A stretch of DNA of 64,000 bases from Candidatus Magasanikbacteria bacterium CG11_big_fil_rev_8_21_14_0_20_39_34 (GCA_002787355.1 PCWN01000007.1:248996-312995), one strand, 5' to 3'; numbered from the stretch's first letter, positions 44,961 to 53,089 are shown. Made by a program: numbers and translations. Notes: a model not told the origin generated them from the letters alone.

Positions 44961-45876
44961 TCCCAGCGTCAAGAGCGTCAATATAAACTTCAAGTTCATA
45001 ATTTTCAAAATTGCCGGTTTGTTGAAATGTTTCAATTTTGCCAAATACATAATCTAATTTTTTGATTACTTCTTCTGTTCCTGGAATCCTCAAAGTTTCT
45101 CCAAATTTACCATAACGATTTTCCAAGCCTCTTTTTATCTTTTTATATAGCTTGTGATAATGATTAAAACTAGGCCACGCTAAAGGGTGACCCCATTGAA
45201 CGCCATAAATAAGATTTATCTGATACAGAGAAGGCTTATTTAACAAATCGGCTAATTTTTCATTTTTGAATTTTGTTTTGTGTTCTTTCTCTTCTTTTTG
45301 AATTTCTTTCATAACCATTTCTAATTCATTTCCGAGATGTTTATCTTGCTGACTGATGATATCCGCAAATTTTATGGTTTTACTTTCTGTTTTTGAGTGC
45401 ATCCACAACCTATATCTGAAACCGTCTTTGCTCAAAGATGAGCGGTCAATGGTACAAGAGGTAATTTCGTCATTTTCATACTTTGATTTATTACCTCTAT
45501 TTTCCTTTTTTACAGGGTGTCCGATGGTTTCATTTCTGACTTGTCTAATTTTAAAAAGTTCGGAATATTTATTGTCTGTACAATTAATTTTTTTGCTTAT
45601 ACCAAATAAAGATATTTTCAAAAAGTTTACAGCGTCTTGCTGGATAAAAAGAGCTTGTAAAAGTCCATAGGTTGCTAAATATGGGTTTTTTATAAATAAA
45701 TCGTTCGAATTTTTTTGGAAATCTTCTATTGCCAAGCAGGTATCTTCCAGCGTATCTAATGCCGCACAAAATTGATTCCAGTCGCCACTCTGTTTTCTGG
45801 AATAAACTTGAGTCTTTTTTATTGTGGAGCTATTAAAAAGCTCCCTGATTTGATGGGTGATTTCTGTAACGAGCAT
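44908..45876 (-). CDS. Hypothetical protein with HEPN-like RxxxxxH motif
   Basis: Helical 322 aa ORF, VRNETIGHP. Confidence 0.65.
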   Translation of the reverse strand: MLVTEITHQIRELFNSSTIKKTQVYSRKQSGDWNQFCAALDTLEDTCLAIEDFQKNSNDLFIKNPYLATYGLLQALFIQQDAVNFLKISLFGISKKINCTDNKYSELFKIRQVRNETIGHPVKKENRGNKSKYENDEITSCTIDRSSLSKDGFRYRLWMHSKTESKTIKFADIISQQDKHLGNELEMVMKEIQKEEKEHKTKFKNEKLADLLNKPSLYQINLIYGVQWGHPLAWPSFNHYHKLYKKIKRGLENRYGKFGETLRIPGTEEVIKKLDYVFGKIETFQQTGNFENYELEVYIDALDAGINELKTHLAEVDQEFEI

Positions 45877-45889
45877 ATCTTATAAATAA

Positions 45890-46055
45890 AAAGGAAAGAA
45901 ATTTTTGGTTTTCTGCCGCCGCTTCACTCCTCCAAAAAGGCTAATAAGTATAGTTTAACATTTTTGCAGAGTTTACGCCCGCCTTTTCTCCGTCGTTTGC
46001 GTCGGCGCGAGGCGCGACGGTAACTCGGAAGTCCACTCACGCTTCGCAAGCAAAT
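45890..46055. repeat. GC-rich palindromic intergenic element between cargo genes
   Basis: CCGTCG(45990)..CGACGG(46020) hairpin with outer GAGTTTAC/GTAACTC; GAAG..CTTC hairpin. Confidence 0.5.
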
Positions 46056-46067
46056 CATATTTTGTTC

Positions 46068-46436
46068 TTACATTTGATTCAGAATTTGTTCAATTCCAAA
46101 AATTAATTCTTTATTATTAGAATATTCAACAAAGTTCTTTGAAACTACTTTTAATGAACCTGATACTTTTGAACCTTTTTTGAAAATACATACTATTGGA
46201 ACTCCGTATGTGTCTGCCCAACCTAATTCAATTCCTAAACCAGTAGCTGGTTCAGAAACTTCTGCAATTAATAATTCTGCTTCATTTTTCAAATAGTCTT
46301 TGGAATTGAATGGTTCATCAGAAGTTTCATGAGGTAAAACAAAAGTATGTTCACCATTTAAGGAACTTTGTCTAATTGGTTCATATAATTCTTTTTTGAA
46401 GTCAAAACTTCTTGAATGTGCAACGTAAATCTTCAT
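46068..46436 (-). CDS. Nucleoside 2-deoxyribosyltransferase/DNPH1-like protein
   Basis: KIYVA, AEVSEPATGLGIELGWA. Confidence 0.72.
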   Translation of the reverse strand: MKIYVAHSRSFDFKKELYEPIRQSSLNGEHTFVLPHETSDEPFNSKDYLKNEAELLIAEVSEPATGLGIELGWADTYGVPIVCIFKKGSKVSGSLKVVSKNFVEYSNNKELIFGIEQILNQM

Positions 46437-46488
46437 AAAGTAAAAAATTGATTGTTTATATATAAATCTGATGGTGCAAAACTTGATT

Positions 46489-46583
46489 ACTCCTAATGTT
46501 CACGTATATCTGATGTTGCAACCGCAGCGAGCACTACCGCCCAAGCAACAGCAGGAGCGAGCCAGATATACGCTATTACGAGT
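46489..46583 (-). mobile_element. attC-like recombination site
   Basis: Perfect CGTATATCTG(46503)/CAGATATACG(46563) arms; outer ACTCCTAAT/ATTACGAGT; overlaps the upstream gene's stop codon. Confidence 0.65.
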
Positions 46584-47139
46584 TGTAATTTCTAAAACTA
46601 TTCCTCATTCCAGCTGCATCATTTAATATTTCGTACTTATTCCCCACAATCCGAAAATGTCTAGAAAAATAATACTTCTTAGAAGAACTGTTTAGAGCCC
46701 AATAGATAATTTCTATTTTAGATGTACCTATTATATCTGTGGGTTTGGTGTTTGGTATTCTATAACTCTTTGAGTGATGTTTAAGACTTTGGTCTGGATA
46801 CAAAATCACACTTTCATCATTGGCTGATTTGCTTTTTTCACCATTGAATTCGGACATCCCGATAAATTGAATAGGGACTTTTCCCACGTTCTTCACAGAA
46901 TAAAAAAACTGTATAAAATCTGTCGTCTCACTCAAATTTTTTCCGTCACCGCTTACAATTAATTCAATATCACGCTCTATTGTTACATATGGGGTTGTAA
47001 ATAGTTCAAGTTGCTTCTCCGACACATTTGAAAGGACGTGCGTTTTATATGTATACCAAATCGTAATTATAACAAGAACTATTGTTGAAAGCGCTTGAAC
47101 AGCAGCCACGTTTTCGTTTAAAAATTTAATTAAATACAT
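46576..47139 (-). CDS. Cassette-borne membrane-anchored hypothetical protein
   Basis: N-terminal TM (IVLVIITIWYT), 187 aa. Confidence 0.7.
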   Translation of the reverse strand: MYLIKFLNENVAAVQALSTIVLVIITIWYTYKTHVLSNVSEKQLELFTTPYVTIERDIELIVSGDGKNLSETTDFIQFFYSVKNVGKVPIQFIGMSEFNGEKSKSANDESVILYPDQSLKHHSKSYRIPNTKPTDIIGTSKIEIIYWALNSSSKKYYFSRHFRIVGNKYEILNDAAGMRNSFRNYNS

Positions 47140-47156
47140 AGTTTTAGAAATTATTT

Positions 47157-47536
47157 CAGCTGACGTCTATGAATAGTCGAAGTTTGAAAGTGCTAAAATG
47201 GGAGCCTTAGCGACCCACCACTGCCAAATTTGGGTGAGTGAGCGTTAAAAAAATTATTTCAAAAATTTGTATTCAATAAATAATCCTATTAGTACAGGCA
47301 CAGTGCCAATAACAATAAGCCAAAACGTTTTAGGACGTTTTTCAATAAATTCATGCAGTATGCGACTTTTTATCATTTTTGTTCCTTGCCCATCAATCTT
47401 TGCACCTTGAATATCGCAATCTTCAAATGTGTTATCTTTTGCCTCTTTTCTGACATGAAGGGAGAATTTTTGATTATTTTTGGTCATATTTTTGAAATAA
47501 TTTTTACCGAGTGAATCGACTATACTGTATTAGCAG
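47157..47536 (-). mobile_element. attC-like site interrupted by a small ORF module
   Basis: Arms ATAGTCGA(47173)/TCGACTAT(47516), outer CAGCTGAC/ATTAGCAG. Confidence 0.5.
47254..47487 (-). CDS. Small hypothetical protein with C-terminal TM
   Basis: 77 aa, flanked by 17-bp inverted repeats. Confidence 0.6.
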   Translation of the reverse strand: MTKNNQKFSLHVRKEAKDNTFEDCDIQGAKIDGQGTKMIKSRILHEFIEKRPKTFWLIVIGTVPVLIGLFIEYKFLK

Positions 47537-47548
47537 ATGTAATGCCAC

Positions 47549-48244
47549 TTAGATTTTACTGCTTAGATGCTTAACAATTTTTTGGATTTCTTTTAGAGAC
47601 TTCTGCATAAGCGTCAATGCAGAAATATTGACACTATCAAATTTGAAATCAACCCACAAAATTCTTTTCACCTGAATTGAAGGATTTGGAAATGGCATAT
47701 TTGTTGTTTGGTCTACTTCAGATCCAAAAATTCTTGCTCCCTTTCCGAATTTTGCAAGTTTCGGATTATAAGACAGGCCGCCACCTTGAATGTGGTCAAC
47801 ATCCACACATTCTTGCTCTTCTCTTGTTTGTTCAATGAGGTCAACATGCTTGTTTCCTATGTTTACATCGTTAAATTGCTTCAACCACATTTGTTCTTGC
47901 CCCTGAAATGGCTGAATTGATAACAAGTATGAATAAAGATCGAGATTACCATCTTTAAGTCCGGGGAACCATTTATTTATACACTTTTCGAAACTTGTCA
48001 AATCGGGAAGGATCGGGAAATAAAAAATCTTGCTTCCTTGATTATTTACAACCGAACTTTCACGAATTTCATTTGCTAGATAGTCAAGTACTGAGCGAAT
48101 ATTTTCAAAAAGATTTTTTATTTCCACCTTCAATTCAGGTTTAATTTGCTTCTTATGCAGGGAATTATTGTATTCCTTTGTGATCTCCTCTAATTGTTGA
48201 GCAGCCTTCTTTAACAGTGCTTTTATACTTTTTGCTCTTTTCAT
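47549..48244 (-). CDS. Cassette-borne hypothetical protein (HEPN-like helical fold suspected)
   Basis: NIRSVLDYLA, FYFPI, NIGNKH. Confidence 0.65.
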   Translation of the reverse strand: MKRAKSIKALLKKAAQQLEEITKEYNNSLHKKQIKPELKVEIKNLFENIRSVLDYLANEIRESSVVNNQGSKIFYFPILPDLTSFEKCINKWFPGLKDGNLDLYSYLLSIQPFQGQEQMWLKQFNDVNIGNKHVDLIEQTREEQECVDVDHIQGGGLSYNPKLAKFGKGARIFGSEVDQTTNMPFPNPSIQVKRILWVDFKFDSVNISALTLMQKSLKEIQKIVKHLSSKI

Positions 48245-48253
48245 AATTTTTAG

Positions 48254-48301
48254 TTAAATGGCACCATTTCCGCTAACGTTTCTAAGTATGTAAAATTTTA
48301 C
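48254..48301 (-). mobile_element. attI-like half site at head of cassette array
   Basis: Minus strand CATACTTAGAAAC-GTTAGCG, with no matching left arm; palindrome GTAAAATTTTAC at 48290. Confidence 0.45.
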
Positions 48302-48332
48302 TGAAATAGTCTGGAAAATTGGGCGATGCCCC

Positions 48333-48361
48333 TTGACGAAGCCGATTAATTTTAATACAAT
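48333..48361 (+). promoter_or_regulatory. Sigma70-type promoter
   Basis: TTGACG-17bp-TACAAT. Confidence 0.7.
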
Positions 48362-48367
48362 GAATGA

Positions 48368-48555
48368 GACCGCCTTACGTGGCGCCTGCTGTGTAACAGC
48401 CGAAAGGTGCGTGTACCAGTAGTTTCAGGCACGAGGAACTTAAAAATGCTGGGACCAGAATAGAACTTGACCTGCTATTTATAGCAGAGATAGTGATTCC
48501 CTAACCATGCGGTTTCTAGGACTGTCTCGAGATCCATTTGAGGCGGTTTTTTTTT
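48368..48555 (+). ncRNA. Candidate structured ncRNA (RNA-1), unassigned
   Basis: Closing stem ACCGCCTTA/TGAGGCGGT followed by T9; several internal hairpins; promoter upstream; no ORF in the track. Confidence 0.6.
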
Positions 48556-48591
48556 GCTAAAAACAAATTACTCCGACATTTTCCTAACTAG

Positions 48592-48678
48592 CGGAGAAGG
48601 CGGGATTCGAACCCGCGGTACGGTTTCCCGTACACATCCTTTCCAAGGATGCGCATTCGACCACTCTGCCACCTCTCC
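48592..48678 (-). tRNA. tRNA-Ser(GGA)
   Basis: GGAGAGG acceptor stem, CATCC-TTGGAAA-GGATG anticodon arm, long variable arm, GGTTCGAATCC; CCA not encoded. Confidence 0.96.
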
Positions 48679-48697
48679 GTAATATATGTTCCTCTTT

Positions 48698-49471
48698 TTA
48701 GGAGCTTTTCTTTTTCCTCAAAAATATCCAAACTCCCAAACAGAACAAGACTATAGAAAAATATTGCGCCGGTGTCAAGCCCAAAATACGCACGTCCGAG
48801 TAGATAAGATCCGTGGCTCTATAGAAATCAAGAAAAAATCGTACAAAACCGTAGTACATGGCCACTATTCCTGCAAAAAACCCTGTGGAAAATTTCTTTT
48901 TGCGGACAAAGAAAAAGGCAAGAGCAAGCGGAATCATGGCAAGAATTTCCATCAACGCCATGTCCAAGCGTGGTCCTCCCGGACTTTTGAGTGCTAAAAG
49001 AGAATGAGACAACGTTCCCGGATGATCATGGATAAGAAAACATCCTACTCTTCCAACAATCCAACCAAACACCGCTCCAAACGCAAAGATATCCAAAATT
49101 TCTGATAAATCCTTTTTGGAAAACGATGCTTTTTTTCTGGCGTAGTAGAGTCCACCCAAAAATGCTCCAACAAAACCTCCGTAGGAAGAAAGTCCCCCTT
49201 CCCATACTTTTATAATATCTATGGGATGAGCCAGGTAAAATGACAGATCATAAAAAAGAATATGAAAGACCCGAGAAAAAACAAGACCAAAGAGAATAGC
49301 ATAGCTTGCCATATCAATAAGTTTTTCTGCCACTTCTTTTGAAAACAGTCTTTTTGCTCTTTTATAAATAATAAAAACAGAAAGTAACATTCCAAGCGCA
49401 ACAAAAAATCCCCATACTTGAATAGGTATGGGACCCAGATGTACAACGGTAAATTGAAAGTATGGAATCAT
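48698..49471 (-). CDS. lgt: Prolipoprotein diacylglyceryl transferase
   Basis: WEGGLSSYGG, GRVGCF, RFFLDFYR. Confidence 0.9.
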   Translation of the reverse strand: MIPYFQFTVVHLGPIPIQVWGFFVALGMLLSVFIIYKRAKRLFSKEVAEKLIDMASYAILFGLVFSRVFHILFYDLSFYLAHPIDIIKVWEGGLSSYGGFVGAFLGGLYYARKKASFSKKDLSEILDIFAFGAVFGWIVGRVGCFLIHDHPGTLSHSLLALKSPGGPRLDMALMEILAMIPLALAFFFVRKKKFSTGFFAGIVAMYYGFVRFFLDFYRATDLIYSDVRILGLTPAQYFSIVLFCLGVWIFLRKKKSS

Positions 49472-49477
49472 AAAAAA

Positions 49478-50824
49478 TTAGTTACTTTTCCACTCTGAAA
49501 TAACTTCAAAAATTTGTTCTTCGTTGTCTACTATCTGGTAGAGCTCATCATCTTCATCAGAAACTGTATCTACATCATGCACCAATACCTTCTTGATAAA
49601 TTTGTGAAGTGGCAACCAAAATTTATGATCCACAAGAATAACCGGACGTTTCTTTATCTTACTTGTTTGCATCAATGTTAACACCTCAAAGAGTTGGTGC
49701 AAGGTACCAAACCCTCCAGGAAAAAATATAAAGGCATCAGAAGGTGCTGTCACAATAAGTTTTCTGGTAAACGGAAATTTGAAAATAATAGAATCTGTAA
49801 GGTAAGAATTTACTTCCTTGTGGCCAGCAACTTCCATACCAATTCCAATGGATCTTCCTCCCTCATGAAAAGCTCCTCGATTTACCGCCTCTGCAATTCC
49901 ATATTTTCCTCCTGTAATAACCGTATATCCATGTTTTACCGCCAACTTTCCAACTTTGAGTGCAGACTGATAGTATGGACTTTTCTTTGGAATACTTTTT
50001 GTTCCCAAAATAGTAACATCCTTATCCAGACCACTCACAAATTCAAATCCCTGAACTAACTCTGACATGATTCTAAAAACTCGCCAGTTCACATTTTCTA
50101 AACAGTGAAAGTTATCTGCAGAGAGATCACATGTCTGATTATGTGCGTCATCATGTCCTTTAATATATTTAAAAGCTTCTTGTGCACTGTCTACCACATG
50201 CCAGCTGTTTATTTGTTCTGCGGTCATAGACCCCGCTCCCTCAATGCAACATGATTTCAAAAACTTAATAAGTGGCTTCCAGTATGATGAACCAACGAGA
50301 ATAATTGGTGATTTATTCATCATCCCCAACTCCATAAGGTCTACAACTTCAAAAAACTCATCCATGGTTCCAAATCCTCCCGGAAAATACACAAAAGCAT
50401 GCGCAGGAGACGTAAGCATTACCTTTCTGGTGAAGAAGTAGTTAAATGAAGTAGATCGAGTTACATAAGGATTCAAGACTTGTTCAAAAGGAAGCTCAAT
50501 ATTTAATCCCACAGATTGGCCCTTCCCCTCAAATGCCCCTTTGTTTGCCGCTTCCATAATCCCCGGTCCCCCTCCGGTAATAGTAGTAAAATTATTTTCC
50601 GCTAAAATTTTTCCAATTTCATAGGCTACTTTGTAATAAGATTCATCTGGATGAAATCTGGCAGAACCTAAAATAGTCACTTCATTTTTTAATTCAGAAA
50701 GAAATTGATATCCCTCCACAAATTCCGCCATGATACGAAAAATTCTCCATGATTGACGGAAATCCCCTTTTTCACGCATGATATATCCAAACCTCCTTTT
50801 ATGGTTGTATGGTTTTTTCTTCAT
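49478..50824 (-). CDS. Tandem-domain LOG family (TIGR00730) protein
   Basis: Two copies of WR.FRIM.E..ILG..TGG..PGGFGT. Confidence 0.88.
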   Translation of the reverse strand: MKKKPYNHKRRFGYIMREKGDFRQSWRIFRIMAEFVEGYQFLSELKNEVTILGSARFHPDESYYKVAYEIGKILAENNFTTITGGGPGIMEAANKGAFEGKGQSVGLNIELPFEQVLNPYVTRSTSFNYFFTRKVMLTSPAHAFVYFPGGFGTMDEFFEVVDLMELGMMNKSPIILVGSSYWKPLIKFLKSCCIEGAGSMTAEQINSWHVVDSAQEAFKYIKGHDDAHNQTCDLSADNFHCLENVNWRVFRIMSELVQGFEFVSGLDKDVTILGTKSIPKKSPYYQSALKVGKLAVKHGYTVITGGKYGIAEAVNRGAFHEGGRSIGIGMEVAGHKEVNSYLTDSIIFKFPFTRKLIVTAPSDAFIFFPGGFGTLHQLFEVLTLMQTSKIKKRPVILVDHKFWLPLHKFIKKVLVHDVDTVSDEDDELYQIVDNEEQIFEVISEWKSN

Positions 50825-50842
50825 AAAAATGATTATGGTGAG

Positions 50843-51046
50843 TTATGTGGTAAACCAAGAACGAATGTCTTTGCAAGCAAAAGTTCTCTCTTCTCCTTTT
50901 TCCGTATCAAGTGCTCGCAAACACCACTGAGCTTCTCCATGCCATGGAGTCTCTGTAAAAATTATTTCTTTTGGAATAATGGTTCGTACCCTTGTTTCTC
51001 CCTGCCAATTGGTATACAAAATTTTTATTTCTTTTTCCTTCTCCAT
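50843..51046 (-). CDS. Stand-alone WYL-like domain protein
   Basis: YTNWQGETRVRTIIP..WCLRALD..ERTFACKDI. Confidence 0.7.
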   Translation of the reverse strand: MEKEKEIKILYTNWQGETRVRTIIPKEIIFTETPWHGEAQWCLRALDTEKGEERTFACKDIRSWFTT

Positions 51047-51052
51047 AAATGA

Positions 51053-52474
51053 TTATTGGATCTGATGCCCCACCCTCAACAAAAGTTCTTCAGACATCCT
51101 TTTGCCCATGATCTGCAATCCAACCGGTAGACCCGCAGTAGTATTCCCAGCAGGAAGAGATATGCCAGGGATTCCAGCCACTGCCGCAGGACCTACAAAA
51201 ATATCTGCCAAATACATAGCCAGCGGATCACTTGATTTTTCTCCTAAATCAAATGCCGGAAATGGTGACGTTGGTGTTACCAAAACATCTACCTCTCTAA
51301 AAACGCGTTCAAAGTCTTGACTGATCAATGTACGCACTTTTTGAGCTTTTCGGTAATAGGCATCATAGTATCCAGCAGACAATGCATAGGTACCAATCAT
51401 AATGCGTCTTTTTACTTCTTCAGGAAATCCTTTTGCACGAGATTGTGCATATATGCCAAGAAGAGTATCTGCTTCTTCACGGACTCCATAGCGGATTCCA
51501 TCAAGCCGCCCCAAGTTTGAACTGTCTTCTGAAGGAACTAGAATATAATAGACCGGAACGGCATATTTGGTATAGGGAAGACTTACCTCCACCAACTCAC
51601 ATCCTAATTCTTTAAACTGTTGTATTTTTTTCTCAACCAATACTCTTGTTTCTTCATCCATTCCAGCCATTTCAAAATATTCTTTTGGAACTCCAACCCG
51701 TAAACCTGAAATGTCTTCTTCCAAATGTTCTCCATAATGTGGAACCGGAACATCTACCGTTGTTCCATCTTTTTCATCTTTTCCGGCCATTGCCTCAAGA
51801 ATGATTGCTATATCTTCTGAAGTTTTTGCAATGGGTCCTACCGTATCCAAAGAACTGGCCATAGGCATGATTCCATAGCGTGAATTTCTTCCATAGCTTG
51901 GCCGTAAACCAACCACTCCACACAAACTTGCCGGAAAACGAATAGATCCTCCAGTATCTTCCGCAATACCATATATACACATATGATCTGCAACGGATGC
52001 CGCAGAACCACCGGAAGACCCACCTGCTACTTTGGAGAGGTCATGTGGATTTTTTACCGGTCCATACATGGAGTTTTCGTTACTTGCACCATGCCCAAAG
52101 GCATCACAGTTTACCTTCCCAAGAATAACGCCACCCTGCTCTTGAATTTTTTTAATAACCGTAGCAGGATAGGGTGCAATATAATTATCCAAAATCTTTG
52201 CAGATCCTGTAGAACGCATATCTTCCACACAGATAGCATCTTTCACTGAATATGGAATACCTGTAAGCATTTTTTGTTGGCCGGACGCAATCATCTCATC
52301 TGCACGTTTTGCCTGTTCCAAAGCAACTTCTGAGGCAACGGTAATAAATGCATTGATGTCTTTATTCCTTTCCTCTATACGCTTCAAACAAGCCTGTGTT
52401 AACTCAACAGAAGAAAATTTCTTTTCCTTTAACCCCTCATAGGCTTGTTTTAAAGTAAGTTCATTCAAATTCAT
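51053..52474 (-). CDS. gatA: Asp/Glu-tRNA amidotransferase subunit A
   Basis: GGSSGGSAA, DTGGSIR, EVKRRIMIGTY. Confidence 0.96.
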   Translation of the reverse strand: MNLNELTLKQAYEGLKEKKFSSVELTQACLKRIEERNKDINAFITVASEVALEQAKRADEMIASGQQKMLTGIPYSVKDAICVEDMRSTGSAKILDNYIAPYPATVIKKIQEQGGVILGKVNCDAFGHGASNENSMYGPVKNPHDLSKVAGGSSGGSAASVADHMCIYGIAEDTGGSIRFPASLCGVVGLRPSYGRNSRYGIMPMASSLDTVGPIAKTSEDIAIILEAMAGKDEKDGTTVDVPVPHYGEHLEEDISGLRVGVPKEYFEMAGMDEETRVLVEKKIQQFKELGCELVEVSLPYTKYAVPVYYILVPSEDSSNLGRLDGIRYGVREEADTLLGIYAQSRAKGFPEEVKRRIMIGTYALSAGYYDAYYRKAQKVRTLISQDFERVFREVDVLVTPTSPFPAFDLGEKSSDPLAMYLADIFVGPAAVAGIPGISLPAGNTTAGLPVGLQIMGKRMSEELLLRVGHQIQ

Positions 52475-52477
52475 ACT

Positions 52478-52771
52478 CTATTCAAAAACTTTTTTTACTT
52501 TGAGTAATGATCCAACCTTTTCTGGAAAAGCATTTATAATTTTTTGTTGAACCGCATCATTTGGCTCTCCCACGGTATCTTCTCGTGTCACATTCATAAG
52601 CCCGGTTACCTGACAGGTTTCTTCTACATCTTCGGTATCTACTTCATTTAATATTTCAATATAATCAAAAATTACCGAAAGTTGTTCGGCATAGATTTCT
52701 TTTTCTGAGTCAGAAAGCTCAAGTCGTGCTAAAAGAGCAATCTCCTCTATTTCATGCGGAGTTAATTTCAT
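52478..52771 (-). CDS. gatC: Asp/Glu-tRNA amidotransferase subunit C
   Basis: IALLARLEL, NVTRED. Confidence 0.93.
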   Translation of the reverse strand: MKLTPHEIEEIALLARLELSDSEKEIYAEQLSVIFDYIEILNEVDTEDVEETCQVTGLMNVTREDTVGEPNDAVQQKIINAFPEKVGSLLKVKKVFE

Positions 52772-52872
52772 AGTGAATTTAGTCCTATTTTAATACAATG
52801 TAGCCTTCTATGCAAGTTCTCTTCTTGCTCTGAGACACTAGACATTTCTTTTTTTCTATGCTTAAATGAAAG

Positions 52873-53068
52873 AGCTATTGCCCACCACGGCAAAGAGGGG
52901 TTTCCCTGATCGTCAGGGAGTCGGCAGTCCACCAAGTTGGGGCAACCGCGAGGTCTGTGTCCAATGCCGATAAGCGCTTTCTTCCTCGGTCAAAAGCGCT
53001 TACCCTCTTGACCCAACCCCAAAAAAAGGATAAGTATGTAAAAAAGCCCTTAATTTAGGCTTTTTTTT
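52873..53068 (+). ncRNA. Candidate structured ncRNA (RNA-2), four-way junction plus terminator
   Basis: AAGAGGG/CCCTCTT encloses three hairpins (TCCCTGA/TCAGGGA; TCGGCA/TGCCGA with GCGA tetraloop; TAAGCGCTTT/AAAGCGCTTA); terminator 53040-53068; weak TAGACA-17-TTAAAT promoter. Confidence 0.6.
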
Positions 53069-53089
53069 GTTTTATACACAGGTCTCCTC

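Noticed and set aside
45976-45994. Resemblance to the tRNA-Ser 3' end (CGGAGAA..GGCGGG) as an att duplication
   Set aside because: Inverted orientation, 2-nt insertion and short length; not a direct-repeat attL/attR
48368-48555. Bridge/guide-type matches between RNA loops and cassette sites (GAATAG, AACTTGA; also CCCACCAC in RNA-2 versus 47214)
   Set aside because: Only 6-8 nt, expected by chance; no IS110-family recombinase in the window
52780-53070. T-box leader for gatCA on the minus strand
   Set aside because: No UGGNACC T-box bulge; the GNRA loop and terminator orientation favour the + strand
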